The translations under genes and the position numbers were made by a program. DNA of 64,000 nucleotides from positions 1,536,001 through 1,600,000 of the forward strand of contig OZ241917.1 of NCBI GenBank assembly GCA_965203805.1. Direction: 5' to 3'. Numbering within the stretch: the stretch's first letter is position 1; every line of letters begins with the position of its first letter. This DNA comes from Candidatus Latescibacterota bacterium. Lineage in GTDB: Bacteria; Latescibacterota; UBA2968; GCA-2709665. The notes under the pieces are model-generated. The model saw only the letters and a program-made list of their open reading frames with translations, did not search any database and had not been told where the DNA came from. Positions 29,847-39,742 of this stretch are shown here, piece after piece.

Positions 29847-30644
29847 TCACGTCTTCCGGAGTATCACGTAGACGTTTCCATGTTCCCCGGACACGTGTTC
29901 CATGTCCTCGATCTCTTCGAATTCCTCCCCGTATATGGCGGCAATCTGCAACTGTTCAGATCTGTGGGCAAGCTTCTCCAGATCGGAGTAAAGCCAGAGC
30001 CTCAACGTATGGCGCTCTTCAAACCGATCGATCTTCCCGTCCTGTGCGACCTCAAACGTGCAGACCTGGTGACTCAATCGTGATTCTCTGTCTTCGTCGA
30101 GAATTCTCCACGACGTACTCACACAAATGCCGCCGCGCTCCAGCGTCCAATGATCGCCATCCGGAAGTTGGCCTTCGTGAGCGAAGTTAAGGTGGACAAT
30201 GTAGATTCCGTTCTGACGAAGTGACGAACCTGTAGCTCGCAGATGAGAGACGATTTCGTCATCCGAATGGAGATATCCGATGCTGTTGATCGAATTCACC
30301 GCGGCATCGAATGCGCCGGGGACCTCAGCGGATACCATTTCCCCAGGCACGACGCGGACATTCATGGCGTATCCTGCCGCTGCAACCGTGTCGATTGCAT
30401 ATTGAACCATATATCGGTTGGCGTCATACCCCGCAACGTGGAATCCACCCGCTGCCAGGGCCCTCAGCATGCGCCCCGTTCCACAGGCGGGTTCCAGAAT
30501 GTGACTAACGGGGAAGGGAACGTGTGACTCAAAGACTCGTTTGAAAAAGCGTATCTCCTCGGACAGATCCCATGAGAACGCGATGTCATAGATCTGAGGA
30601 TGGTTGTAGAGCTCGAACGTTTTAGTCGGTTCGGGTGTAATCAC
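29847..30644 (-). CDS. Class I SAM-dependent methyltransferase
   Basis: ILEPACGTGR. Confidence 0.9.
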   Translation of the reverse strand: MITPEPTKTFELYNHPQIYDIAFSWDLSEEIRFFKRVFESHVPFPVSHILEPACGTGRMLRALAAGGFHVAGYDANRYMVQYAIDTVAAAGYAMNVRVVPGEMVSAEVPGAFDAAVNSINSIGYLHSDDEIVSHLRATGSSLRQNGIYIVHLNFAHEGQLPDGDHWTLERGGICVSTSWRILDEDRESRLSHQVCTFEVAQDGKIDRFEERHTLRLWLYSDLEKLAHRSEQLQIAAIYGEEFEEIEDMEHVSGEHGNVYVILRKT

Positions 30645-30703
30645 CTGATTCTCCCTGTCGTTCGAGGTTCCTGGCGCGTGCGAACCGCACGATATTCAGG
30701 CAA

Positions 30704-30728
30704 GGGCACCCACAAGGGACGCCCCTAC
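30704..30728. repeat. GTAG-type REP (uninterrupted copy)
   Basis: GGGCACCCACAAGGGACGCCCCTAC; related copies at ~34786-34810 and 7358-7476. Confidence 0.7.
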
Positions 30729-30912
30729 ATGACGAGGGGATTGTTTCAGTCCAGCAATCTCTTGACCACATAGCGCAAACTGACAGTTTGCGGCACTGTC
30801 ACAGAGCCGTTGCCCTGAGTTTGCGGTTCCTGAGTGTCGTAGCGTCGACGGATGTTGCGTGGTTGGCCGACCGGCGTGATCCCGGCTTTGCTAATCTGGT
30901 CAGCGAACAGCG

Positions 30913-31587
30913 TCAGGTACTGCCCCAGCTTTCAACCAGATCCCGATCCGCGCCCCCTTCTACCAACACGGGTATCAGTTCCGGATGCTTCTGGCGCACG
31001 GCCGTATTGTACAATAGCCTGGTATAGGGCTTCACGAGTGCGCCTTCTCCGATCAGCCACCGGGTGAGTTGCTCGTGGCCTCCCGCCACGGCAAAGTGCA
31101 GGGGGGTCACGCGCCAGACGGTGTCGTCCTCCTGTTCCCTGGTCAACAGGTCCGGCTCGGCATTCAGGAGGTGTTGTACCCGGTCCGTGTCACCCAGATA
31201 GCACGTCGAGTAGATATCCAGTACGGTCCCGGCCTTTTCCAACATCCGGGCGAGTTCCATCCGGCGATAACGTCGCGCAATACAGTAGGGCTTCAGGAGA
31301 ACCGTGATCTCCGCCCGGATCCGCCCAGGGATATTGGGATCGGCTCCCTCGCGCAACAGGAACCGAGCGACGTTAATCCGATTGCCGCGTGTTGCTTCCC
31401 ACAGAAACGACCGGTTGTGCCCCCCGCTCTTGGCATGCAGGAGCGACGGATCCTGTCTCAGATACCGCTTCACGGCCCTCAAATCGCCGCGCCGGACTTC
31501 CTTTAATATCTTGTCGATGCCGAAGCGGCCGCTGTGGCCCGCGCGCGGCTTGGTTTCATTTCCCCATCCGTTGTCGCCCGACGGCAT
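30913..31587 (-). CDS. Ankyrin-repeat protein
   Basis: FLLREGADPN, TPLHFAVAGGH. Confidence 0.88.
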   Translation of the reverse strand: MPSGDNGWGNETKPRAGHSGRFGIDKILKEVRRGDLRAVKRYLRQDPSLLHAKSGGHNRSFLWEATRGNRINVARFLLREGADPNIPGRIRAEITVLLKPYCIARRYRRMELARMLEKAGTVLDIYSTCYLGDTDRVQHLLNAEPDLLTREQEDDTVWRVTPLHFAVAGGHEQLTRWLIGEGALVKPYTRLLYNTAVRQKHPELIPVLVEGGADRDLVESWGST

Positions 31588-31736
31588 ACTTATCGTCCTC
31601 TTAAAATCGATATCGGAGTCTGATATCTGACAGATTTTCCCGGCGCGCGAACTTCTCGTGGCGGTCGGCCGAAGGTGCGAATGCGCCTCGCCCAGTGCCG
31701 TCGTATTGACGCCCCTCGCGGAGTATCTCTGGAGAT

Positions 31737-32210
31737 TCAGGCGGTTTTTCGCAGTTCACGATCCAGGCGCTCCAGGCTCTCTTGTGGCCATGTCTCTTTC
31801 CTGTCATACCCCTTGTCAAACTGAGGAACATGGGCTGGCAGTTCGAGCCAGGCATGCTTTTCCCTGGTCCAGATGTGCGCATTTATATTCAGAACCCTCG
31901 GGTCGTCCAGCGTTTGCGACCTCAATAACGCCGTGCATGGGTGATGAGTAGCAGTATTGTAGATCACATCCTCGCACGACTGGCAGATGAACGTCGTTCG
32001 ATTCGCCGCGACGGGCTTCGAGACGAACTCTCCCTTGTCGCATGTAAGATCGGATTCCAACACAATGATGGTAATCCCAAAGGCCGAGCCGGAAGCCTTC
32101 TGACAGTCCAGGCAATGACACGCATGCACAAAGAGAGGCGCGTTCAGAAGTCTGTAACGCACGTCTCCGCACCGGCAGCTACCGAAAAACATACGGTTCC
32201 CGTTCACCAT
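31737..32210 (-). CDS. GFA (glutathione-dependent formaldehyde-activating) family protein
   Basis: GSCRCG, CHCLDCQKASGSAF, CQSC, AHIWT. Confidence 0.92.
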   Translation of the reverse strand: MVNGNRMFFGSCRCGDVRYRLLNAPLFVHACHCLDCQKASGSAFGITIIVLESDLTCDKGEFVSKPVAANRTTFICQSCEDVIYNTATHHPCTALLRSQTLDDPRVLNINAHIWTREKHAWLELPAHVPQFDKGYDRKETWPQESLERLDRELRKTA

Positions 32211-32224
32211 ATCAACCGAAGGAC

Positions 32225-32575
32225 TAAGGTTAATTATCCGAAAAAATCCATCGTTTCGTTGTGTAACAAGTTGTATTTAAATGGATTAAGCGATGCATAA
32301 TACGAAAATCCATGAATAAATGCGGAATCTGATTGGTCCGGATAATGTTTCATGCGCTACAGGGGTGTGGATTCAACACAATATCCAAGAAACCTGAGCA
32401 TTTCTCCTGCTCCTGGCTTTTTCCTGCATCAGGTCTTGATCCTGCTCTTGGTTTCCAATCCTGTTAATCCTGCAAAACCTGATCGGTTTGGGTTCTTATC
32501 CTGTCTATCCTGCCTGCCTGTGCCGTGCCCGGCACGGCAGACAGGTCCATCCATGTAAGTTTGTGTCTTTGAATT
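32225..32575 (-). repeat. Dispersed spacer element, copy C (33-bp hairpin insert at 32513-32545)
   Basis: Aligns with A, B and D; extra ATCCTG-rich segment. Confidence 0.8.
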
Positions 32576-32590
32576 GTAGAAACCAGGACA

Positions 32591-33535
32591 TTACCCCAAC
32601 CGTTTCACCAGGCCGTAATCCACCACCTGCCGCACACGATATCCGGCGCCGAAATAGATCTCCTGCGCCGGATTGTTCAGTCCGGTATGAAGCGTATTGC
32701 GTGCCACACCCCGTTTCTTGAACTCCGCGCACATCAGATTGAACAAAACCGTTCCGATCTTGCCGCGCCGATAGTCCGGATGCGTGCCAATTCCCGTAAA
32801 GCCGCCGCTTCCATCCGTTCCTACCCGGACCGGTCCGGCGAATCCCACCACCGCGGGCCCGTCCGTCGCAACGAATACGGGATACGGCGGCTCACCCTCC
32901 AGGCATCCCTTGACAGAAGCCTCCCAGCCACCGGGGAACAGTGCCTCCATGAACGCACCCAGCGCCTCGCGGTGTCCTTCTTCGCAAAATCCGAACAGGA
33001 TGCCTCGAGACCGGTTGTCTTCGATATAATCTTCCATTTCCTCCCGAAGTTCGAACTTGTCAAACGTCGTTTCCATAAACAGACTCACCGAACCGCGATT
33101 GCGGAATCCCTGATTCAGGAAAAACGTATAGGCCGGAGTCTTCATGTCGACGCCGGTCGCGAACGTGATCGGATTTCCCTTGTAACCGATCCGCAGTTCC
33201 GTACAGCCACGTCCCGCCAGGAATTTTCCCGCGGCATCCAGGAGCTTGCCTCCAATCCCCTGCTGCCGAGAGTCCGAATCGACCATCAACACGCTCAGGT
33301 AGCCCGTCTCTCCGAGACTGGGCGCGACTGCAAGCACGAACCCCACAACCCTGCCTTCAACCTTGGCTGTAAACGCACCCTCCGGATCAAAGTCCGCATG
33401 TGCCAGGACCCGCTGCCGGAACCCCGCAGCGTCCATCCGGAAATCGTATTTCCGGTCCGAAAACGCCCGCTGCCAGAGATCCATCACCGGCAACAGATCT
33501 TCGTCTTTCCAGGTAGCAATCGAAAAAGTGCTCAT
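32591..33535 (-). CDS. Tandem-domain GNAT N-acetyltransferase
   Basis: RQQGIGGKLL and HPDYRRGKIG; start reassigned to ATG 33535. Confidence 0.9.
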   Translation of the reverse strand: MSTFSIATWKDEDLLPVMDLWQRAFSDRKYDFRMDAAGFRQRVLAHADFDPEGAFTAKVEGRVVGFVLAVAPSLGETGYLSVLMVDSDSRQQGIGGKLLDAAGKFLAGRGCTELRIGYKGNPITFATGVDMKTPAYTFFLNQGFRNRGSVSLFMETTFDKFELREEMEDYIEDNRSRGILFGFCEEGHREALGAFMEALFPGGWEASVKGCLEGEPPYPVFVATDGPAVVGFAGPVRVGTDGSGGFTGIGTHPDYRRGKIGTVLFNLMCAEFKKRGVARNTLHTGLNNPAQEIYFGAGYRVRQVVDYGLVKRLG

Positions 33536-33559
33536 ATCAAATTCCACCAATCCACTTAG

Positions 33560-33848
33560 TCCGAATGATTCATGAAAACCGGTGTATTTGTTGTATAATC
33601 GGTTGATGTTGAATAACATGAGCAGAATATATAGCGATAACCTGTAAGAGTCTGGAATCGGGTTGGCCGGCGTAATTGTGGGGTCTCAGGGTGGCAGGAA
33701 TGACGACGCGCGGTCCATGGTGAATCGATTCACTGCCGTTGCTCGTTTTGTCGCGCTTTTTGGTTTTCATCCTGTCGATCCTGCCTGCCTGTGCCGTGCC
33801 CGGCACGGCAGACAGGTCCATCCATGTAAGTTCCGTTTTTTTGAATTA
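33560..33848 (-). repeat. Dispersed spacer element, copy D (33-bp hairpin insert at 33784-33816)
   Basis: About 55 bp identical to copy C at the CATGTAAGTT end; divergent AT-rich end. Confidence 0.78.
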
Positions 33849-33854
33849 GAGGGT

Positions 33855-34250
33855 TTAACTGCCGGGAAGGAAAGCGACGGCTTCGATCTCCACCAGGTAA
33901 TCCGGATGGGCGAGGCCGTTGACGAACAGCAGCGTGTTCGGGGGAAACGTGTCCGTGAAGAAGCGGTTGCGGACGCGGCGAAATGCGTCCAGGTGAGCGC
34001 GATCGGTCAGGTAGGTGGTCAGTTTGACGATGTCGTCCAGACTTCCTCCGAGTTCCTCGAGGATGGCCTGAAGATTCGCGTAGATCTGCTGTGTCTGCGC
34101 CTCAATGTCGCTTTGCCCGACCAGGTTGCCGTCCGGGTCGAGGGCGATCTGACCGGCGACGTAGACGGTGTCGCCTGCCTTCGCGACGTGTGAGTACCCC
34201 ACCCCCGCTGTCGAGTGGACACTTTCCGGGTGTATGATTTCACGTGCCAT
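33855..34250 (-). CDS. RidA/YjgF family protein
   Basis: YSHVAKAGDTVYVAGQ, LVEIEAVA. Confidence 0.93.
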   Translation of the reverse strand: MAREIIHPESVHSTAGVGYSHVAKAGDTVYVAGQIALDPDGNLVGQSDIEAQTQQIYANLQAILEELGGSLDDIVKLTTYLTDRAHLDAFRRVRNRFFTDTFPPNTLLFVNGLAHPDYLVEIEAVAFLPGS

Positions 34251-34342
34251 TCGACCCCACCTCCTTTGTAGTTGGTCGTGTTCGACTTCGAGGGCTACGT
34301 GCTCCTGGTGCGGACATTAAAACGCGCGCAGGTACCTGTCCA

Positions 34343-34753
34343 CTACGGTCTTCCCGTCAACTTTGCACCGATCCACGCCATAGGAATATAAGCGCCAACG
34401 AGATCCACGACGTAAAACAGGGCGGGGCCACCTATCGTGAACACGTTGACGATGCCGCCAATCAGGAAGAGTCCCCCAACTACCATCGCCGCTGCCATCC
34501 TGCAGCTTGCGGCGATAAGGGCGGCCAGCTAGGCGCCCACGAGGGACCCCAGCGCATGCGCCACCCACGGGAATATGAAGTGCCTGAATTCAAACAGGTG
34601 CATGGACGATTTGATGGAATCCACGTTGGTCACGTCGACACCTTCGGGAGGCGGAATGATTGCAGGTCCGATCATGACCACAATCACATTGGCGATGCTG
34701 CCCACCACGACACCGACGACGACGGCCAGGACGTTCTTCAGCTTGGACTTCAC
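34343..34753 (-). pseudogene. Membrane protein with an in-frame amber stop
   Basis: ..AHALGSLVGA*LAALIAAS..DLVGAYIPMAWIG; the frame continues after TAG at 34529-34531. Confidence 0.75.
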
Positions 34754-34873
34754 AAATCACCTCGCGAGTTAAGACTTCGTTTGGCGGGCGCCCACAAAGG
34801 ACGCCGCTCCAATGTTTGGGTGAGTCGATCGGGGCTGTGGAAGGACGTCGGGACATGTCGCCTGCCGCCCCTT

Positions 34874-35365
34874 TCAGCCTGCGAGACGAGGAAGCACGTT
34901 TTCCGCCTTCCCTGGCACGAATAAGTCTTCCGCGTGGAGGAACTCCGGTCGATCCGGAGACACCGAAACGACTTGCATTCCAGCGTCTCGAGCGTAACTG
35001 ATTAATCCATGTTCATCTCTTCCGAGCCCGACAGCCAGAACGACCCTGGCTTCCCCAAGCCACACCCATCCCCTCGCGCCTGGCTTGAAGTCGTCGGATT
35101 TCTTCAAGTGGACGTTCACAGACCCCGCCCTCTCGTGGAGCTTATCTCCATTGCCTGTAATAATGTGCCGGACGCGCCCTCTCTCCTCGAGGTCCGCCAG
35201 AGCCCGGTGCGCATCATTGGGTTCCGCCTGGATGAATGCAGCTTGAAATCTCGCAAGAATCCTTGCGAGTTCTCGAGGCCTTTCGATCATGATATCCGCC
35301 ACGGGACCGGGAAACGGTTCGTGCAGCGGGAAGTGCTGGTTAACGCCTTCGACGCGTCCGAACAA
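34874..35365 (-). pseudogene. Sir2-like domain, 5'-truncated
   Basis: AEPNDAHRALADLE..IITGNGDKLHERAGS; N-terminal GAGxS motif absent. Confidence 0.65.
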
Positions 35366-35398
35366 CGCCGTTGACCGCTGCGCGCGGCGTGACCAAGT

Positions 35399-36211
35399 CT
35401 AGCCGAGATGTTTTTCCAGCCATTCGATGGCAAAGTCCGCCAGATTCCTCGCGTCGAACAGATAGGAGTCTGCGGCGCCAACCCGCCCCTCGGCATGGCG
35501 TCCCTGTGCCATATACTCTTTCGAAATGGACTGGAAATAATCTCCGTCGAGCCGGTCAGCGATTCCGTTGGATGTATCATACTGTTCGAACTCGATCCAT
35601 TCGCACCTGCCATTGCGCAGGATCGGCCATCGATAGCGCTCGGTTTTCTTGTTCGGCACGTCAGCAATATGCTCCGCGTGGTGAAGAATAGTCAGGCTAT
35701 CGAAGAGCGGCCCCAGCAGAAGAATCTTACCCCCAACGTCGCACAATTTCTCAAGAGGGGAACCCGCGCCATAGCCGAACTGCAACGGGTGGTCTGCCGT
35801 TATGCATTCCGCCTTTGCCCCGACTGCCGCAACTCGCGCCTCCGGATGGTCGCTGCAATGCGCCCCGGGCCATGTGCGCAGGTATTCGGTAAGGACGCTC
35901 CATCGGCGATTGGCTCGAGTCCGATACGGATCAAACGGTGGGCACTCTGCAAGATAGGCTTTCTGCAAGCCCTCCGGCCAATCGTCTATTTCGTTCAATG
36001 GCTCCTCACACTTGATGTACATCATCAAGGCCCCCGTTGAACCGAGCACTTCCAGCACTGCCCGAAGCACCATATCAGGCCCGCCGACGATCCAGCCGAC
36101 TGCCTTAACGGAAGCATGCAGCATCACCGTGTCACCTGAGGCAATCCCCAGTTTCGACAAATCAGATACCATTCTGCTTCGTGTGATTGCAGGTAGACCC
36201 GTTTTGACCAT
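35399..36211 (-). CDS. Aminoglycoside 3-N-acetyltransferase (AAC(3)/YokD family)
   Basis: GDTVMLHASVKAVGWIVGG, SDHP, YGAGSPL, TILHHAEH. Confidence 0.92.
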   Translation of the reverse strand: MVKTGLPAITRSRMVSDLSKLGIASGDTVMLHASVKAVGWIVGGPDMVLRAVLEVLGSTGALMMYIKCEEPLNEIDDWPEGLQKAYLAECPPFDPYRTRANRRWSVLTEYLRTWPGAHCSDHPEARVAAVGAKAECITADHPLQFGYGAGSPLEKLCDVGGKILLLGPLFDSLTILHHAEHIADVPNKKTERYRWPILRNGRCEWIEFEQYDTSNGIADRLDGDYFQSISKEYMAQGRHAEGRVGAADSYLFDARNLADFAIEWLEKHLG

Positions 36212-36359
36212 GCTGATTGTGTCCTGTGTCGGGGAAGACCTTGCTCTGAAGTTAACGGTGCGATCCTCCGAATCGAGAACCGATTGCGAGAGGGCAACGA
36301 TTCGCCGAACCGGACGTGAAGGTGTTAACAGCAGTAAAGTACCGACAAAGCTCCCCGGC

Positions 36360-37118
36360 CTACGACGATACCGTCCCGGCAATGAAGTCCCGAAGTTCAT
36401 CGAGGGTGAGGGCCCGTTTGGCTTTCCTGTGGATCATTCGGTGGCAATTACTACAGACGACCGCCATGTCTCGGCACGGATCGACTTCAAGTCCTTCATC
36501 AGGTGCCGCACTCAGCTCTTGCATGTGATGTACCTCCGCGAAATCACGCCCCCATTTGCCGTAAACATCCTCAAAGGCAAAACCACACACTTGGCACTTG
36601 TATCCATGAATTCGCAGCGCAGCAGACCGGAGTCGGGGGCTTCGTTCACGTCTTCGCGACACGACAGCTTTGGTATTCCCCTCAATGCCCACCGTTACCT
36701 TCTCGCAATCCGCATCGGACTCGGCCTGAAGATCGCTCAGCACGGACGACGGAATGGGTGTGACGTCCACAAGGTGGCGTACCGCTTCCCAGACCTCAGC
36801 GTCCGTACGCGCTTTCCACTGTTTCAGCACGCGAGCATCTCGTTTTGGAAGAGCCTTCGGTTGACCGCCGACCCGCCAGCCGCGACGTCCGGAGTCTAAG
36901 TGACTATCGAACTGATCACGCGAAGCCTTAAGGCTGTTGTGGAAGGACCGGAGACTTCGTCCGTCTCCAAGTGCGTCGAAGAACGACGCGTAGGCCACTG
37001 CCCAAGAGTCGGTTTCCATTTCCGCAGGAGGGAGCGGTTTTCCCGCGTCCACTTTTCGACCGCAGCGGGAGAGGAATAAAGCTGAGAGGATGAATTCTTC
37101 ACTTCGCTCGATTGACAT
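36360..37118 (-). CDS. HNH endonuclease (McrA-like C-terminus)
   Basis: RERSPRLR..CQVCGF..EVHH..CSNCHRMIH. Confidence 0.9.
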   Translation of the reverse strand: MSIERSEEFILSALFLSRCGRKVDAGKPLPPAEMETDSWAVAYASFFDALGDGRSLRSFHNSLKASRDQFDSHLDSGRRGWRVGGQPKALPKRDARVLKQWKARTDAEVWEAVRHLVDVTPIPSSVLSDLQAESDADCEKVTVGIEGNTKAVVSRRRERSPRLRSAALRIHGYKCQVCGFAFEDVYGKWGRDFAEVHHMQELSAAPDEGLEVDPCRDMAVVCSNCHRMIHRKAKRALTLDELRDFIAGTVSS

Positions 37119-37227
37119 CGGTTTGTCCCCGGGTTAGCAGAGTCGGTTTTCAGTTAAGTTTACAACCGGTCGTACCCGAACTGTGAAGCCCAATGTGCTA
37201 GAGTAATACGTCGTGCATCTGATGTAT

Positions 37228-38229
37228 CTAGAACGGAACGTCATCTGGACGTTTAATTCCACTTCCCTTATTCCCGTCTTCCTTATTGAAGACGAAGTCC
37301 ATACCGACCGCGAGATTGAGTATATCATCTCGATCCAAGAAAATCACCTGGCGTCGGTTATCGAGGTCAAGATGCTGCCCAAGCCAAGTTTTCGCCTGTT
37401 TCGTTATTTGTCCCGCAGAAATGATAAACACATGATCGACCAAGACACGCTTGTTGGTCTCTGGATCCCAGATGGGATAATGAAGGACCATTCGAACCTG
37501 ATTCAAGACTTCCGAGATATTCGTGTTTCCACTCCTTCCCGCAGAGTCCAATTTGCCTTTCTTAACTTGGGCAGAGAAGTACAAGTAATGGGTGGTTGGA
37601 AGCTGAAACTTCATCCACATGTCGTTTCCGAACTCTAAGGCTCTATCGGAGTGCCCACTGATCGAGATTCGAGAAAAACCCAACTGCGCGAAAATTGGCT
37701 GTAGAATCCCCTCGATGATCTGGTCTTCACTCAAATTGTCTAGGTGTCGACTGAGATCATCACGCCGTTCGACTTCTTGGGGCGTCCACTTCCTCGTCGA
37801 AGATTGCGGGACGGATGTAACTTGCGTTCCTGTGCTTCTAATGTGGCACTTCTTGTTCTCACCATAAAATACACTCAAGTCGTCTCGAGCCAGTGTGAGA
37901 TTGACATCGGCAAGCGCTCCATCTGGGTCTTTACCACTTTGCTTGAGATCTGCATAGTCTAACAACTCTTGGACAATTCTCGTAATCTGGGGTGAAGGGA
38001 GTTGTGGCTGTGGCGCCGGCAATCCGTTTAATTCGTCCAGTCGATCGACTACCCAGTTCTTTCTGGTCGATCCATCGTGCGAATATTCAAGTCCGCTGGC
38101 CTCGAAGAATTCAGTAAGGTAGGTACTCGATCTGTACGGAAAATTATCCCAAGCAAATCCTCCCATACCACCAGATGCACCACAGATCATCTCCGCAAGT
38201 GTCTGAATTGATCGCTTGGTAAGTTTCAA
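37228..38229 (-). CDS. Hypothetical protein with a C-terminal restriction-endonuclease-like domain
   Basis: EFGNDMWM..AQVKKG PD-(D/E/Q)XK-like pattern; N-terminal FPYRSS..HDGSTR domain; visibly lower GC. Confidence 0.65.
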   Translation of the reverse strand: MKLTKRSIQTLAEMICGASGGMGGFAWDNFPYRSSTYLTEFFEASGLEYSHDGSTRKNWVVDRLDELNGLPAPQPQLPSPQITRIVQELLDYADLKQSGKDPDGALADVNLTLARDDLSVFYGENKKCHIRSTGTQVTSVPQSSTRKWTPQEVERRDDLSRHLDNLSEDQIIEGILQPIFAQLGFSRISISGHSDRALEFGNDMWMKFQLPTTHYLYFSAQVKKGKLDSAGRSGNTNISEVLNQVRMVLHYPIWDPETNKRVLVDHVFIISAGQITKQAKTWLGQHLDLDNRRQVIFLDRDDILNLAVGMDFVFNKEDGNKGSGIKRPDDVPF

Positions 38230-38407
38230 GATACTGTCCTTTCACTTTCGATAATTTGTCAAACAAAGAGGAATCTCTTGGCCGCTTGCACAATTCCTTG
38301 AATGCTCGCTGACGCAGCCTCTTCGAACTTGGTGCAGGTCTTGGTTGCGTCGGATGGACAACCCAAGTTCGCAAGCAGATTGTAAGAAGGTCAGACGTCC
38401 CTATTAA

Positions 38408-39649
38408 CTATCGTGGAAACACCAATATTGCATCGCACCGACGGCGCTCCTTGCGCACGCCACCCCGGTGAATATCCGAGTAACTGTTCACCACCTCTCC
38501 CCGAACCACCATCGTACTGGATCCCCCTCCGTCCAGGTTATAGGCGTTGTGGGCCCCGAGGTCTGCAAGGAGATCCGTGAGTTCGGGAAGGGTCATCCCC
38601 ATAGCCAGACTCGGCTGACGACCATCCGCGACGATCAGCCAAAGCGTGTTCTTGTCTTTCGACATGCCGATCGCCGTCCTTGGATGTCTTCCATCATAGA
38701 ACCAGGGCTCAAAGGATTCGCTGCCGTAATCAGTAAACCGCTGACCGTTTCGAATCAGCAGTGTTCCAGCGCTCGTATAGCTGCAGTCTTCCAATGGAAG
38801 GGGGCTCTCCGGATTCTCGCGGGAGGTCAGCCGATAGATGATCTTTGTCTTTGAACCCAACCGGGCGTGCTGCTTTAACCAGTCGGCGTACTTGCCAGAC
38901 CCGGAAAGGATGTATCCGTTTGAGGGGATAAGGTTTGATCCCGCATTCACCTGGATGGCTGAAACCGTGTCCTCCCGTACGATTATCTCGACGCCATTCC
39001 GGTCGGTAAGAGTACTTCGGTTCCATTCAGGTGTATAGAGGATGAGGTCATTCTTATCGAGTTCCTCCTTTTCCTTACCATCTTTATCCCATCCACGGAC
39101 TTCGTTTCGTCTCCGGTTGATCCCGGTCACCTCGCTCTCTTCCCTCGCATCAATTGACGCCGTTATTTTTAGCAGAGGTTCCGCAACGATCATGGTCTGT
39201 CTGTCGTCCCTCGTGCAGATTCCAACGCTCCTGCGACCGGGCGTTCGTGGTTCGCTCAGGATCTTCCCATCCAGAACAAAGAATTCGCTTGGATCGCCGT
39301 GATAGATGTTCCATGCGTTGTTTGAAAAGGAGTATCCCGCATTTACGGCGACAAGAGCGTCGTATCTCCTTGCCATATCGCTTGTCGCCTCCTGCCCGAC
39401 GATCTGATTCATCGCCATGACCATCTTCAATCGGTACTTCCGCAGGTCTATTTCCGCGACGTGAATGTTTTGGGGAAGCCCCTCGCTGGTCGAGTCTGCG
39501 GAGATATGTGTCCGAACCAATCCAGAAGCGACCTCGGTCTCAATCTCCTCCACGCTGGTATTCAAAGGTGGATTCTCGTTCGCGCAGATTGTGAACCCGC
39601 TCAACAACAGTGCTGCCAACAACAGCTGGATGCGAATTCGCCCGTTCAT
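38408..39649 (-). CDS. Secreted phosphodiester glycosidase (NAGPA) family protein
   Basis: AVNAGY, RHPRTAIG, DGRQ, AYNLDGGGSSTM. Confidence 0.92.
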   Translation of the reverse strand: MNGRIRIQLLLAALLLSGFTICANENPPLNTSVEEIETEVASGLVRTHISADSTSEGLPQNIHVAEIDLRKYRLKMVMAMNQIVGQEATSDMARRYDALVAVNAGYSFSNNAWNIYHGDPSEFFVLDGKILSEPRTPGRRSVGICTRDDRQTMIVAEPLLKITASIDAREESEVTGINRRRNEVRGWDKDGKEKEELDKNDLILYTPEWNRSTLTDRNGVEIIVREDTVSAIQVNAGSNLIPSNGYILSGSGKYADWLKQHARLGSKTKIIYRLTSRENPESPLPLEDCSYTSAGTLLIRNGQRFTDYGSESFEPWFYDGRHPRTAIGMSKDKNTLWLIVADGRQPSLAMGMTLPELTDLLADLGAHNAYNLDGGGSSTMVVRGEVVNSYSDIHRGGVRKERRRCDAILVFPR

Positions 39650-39742
39650 CTCAATCTCCCAACTGAATGATCTGTGCCATAAATCGCCTGTGCTCGTTCG
39701 CCGCGGTTCAGGAGCAACAATCGTAGGAGTTATGACAGGCGC

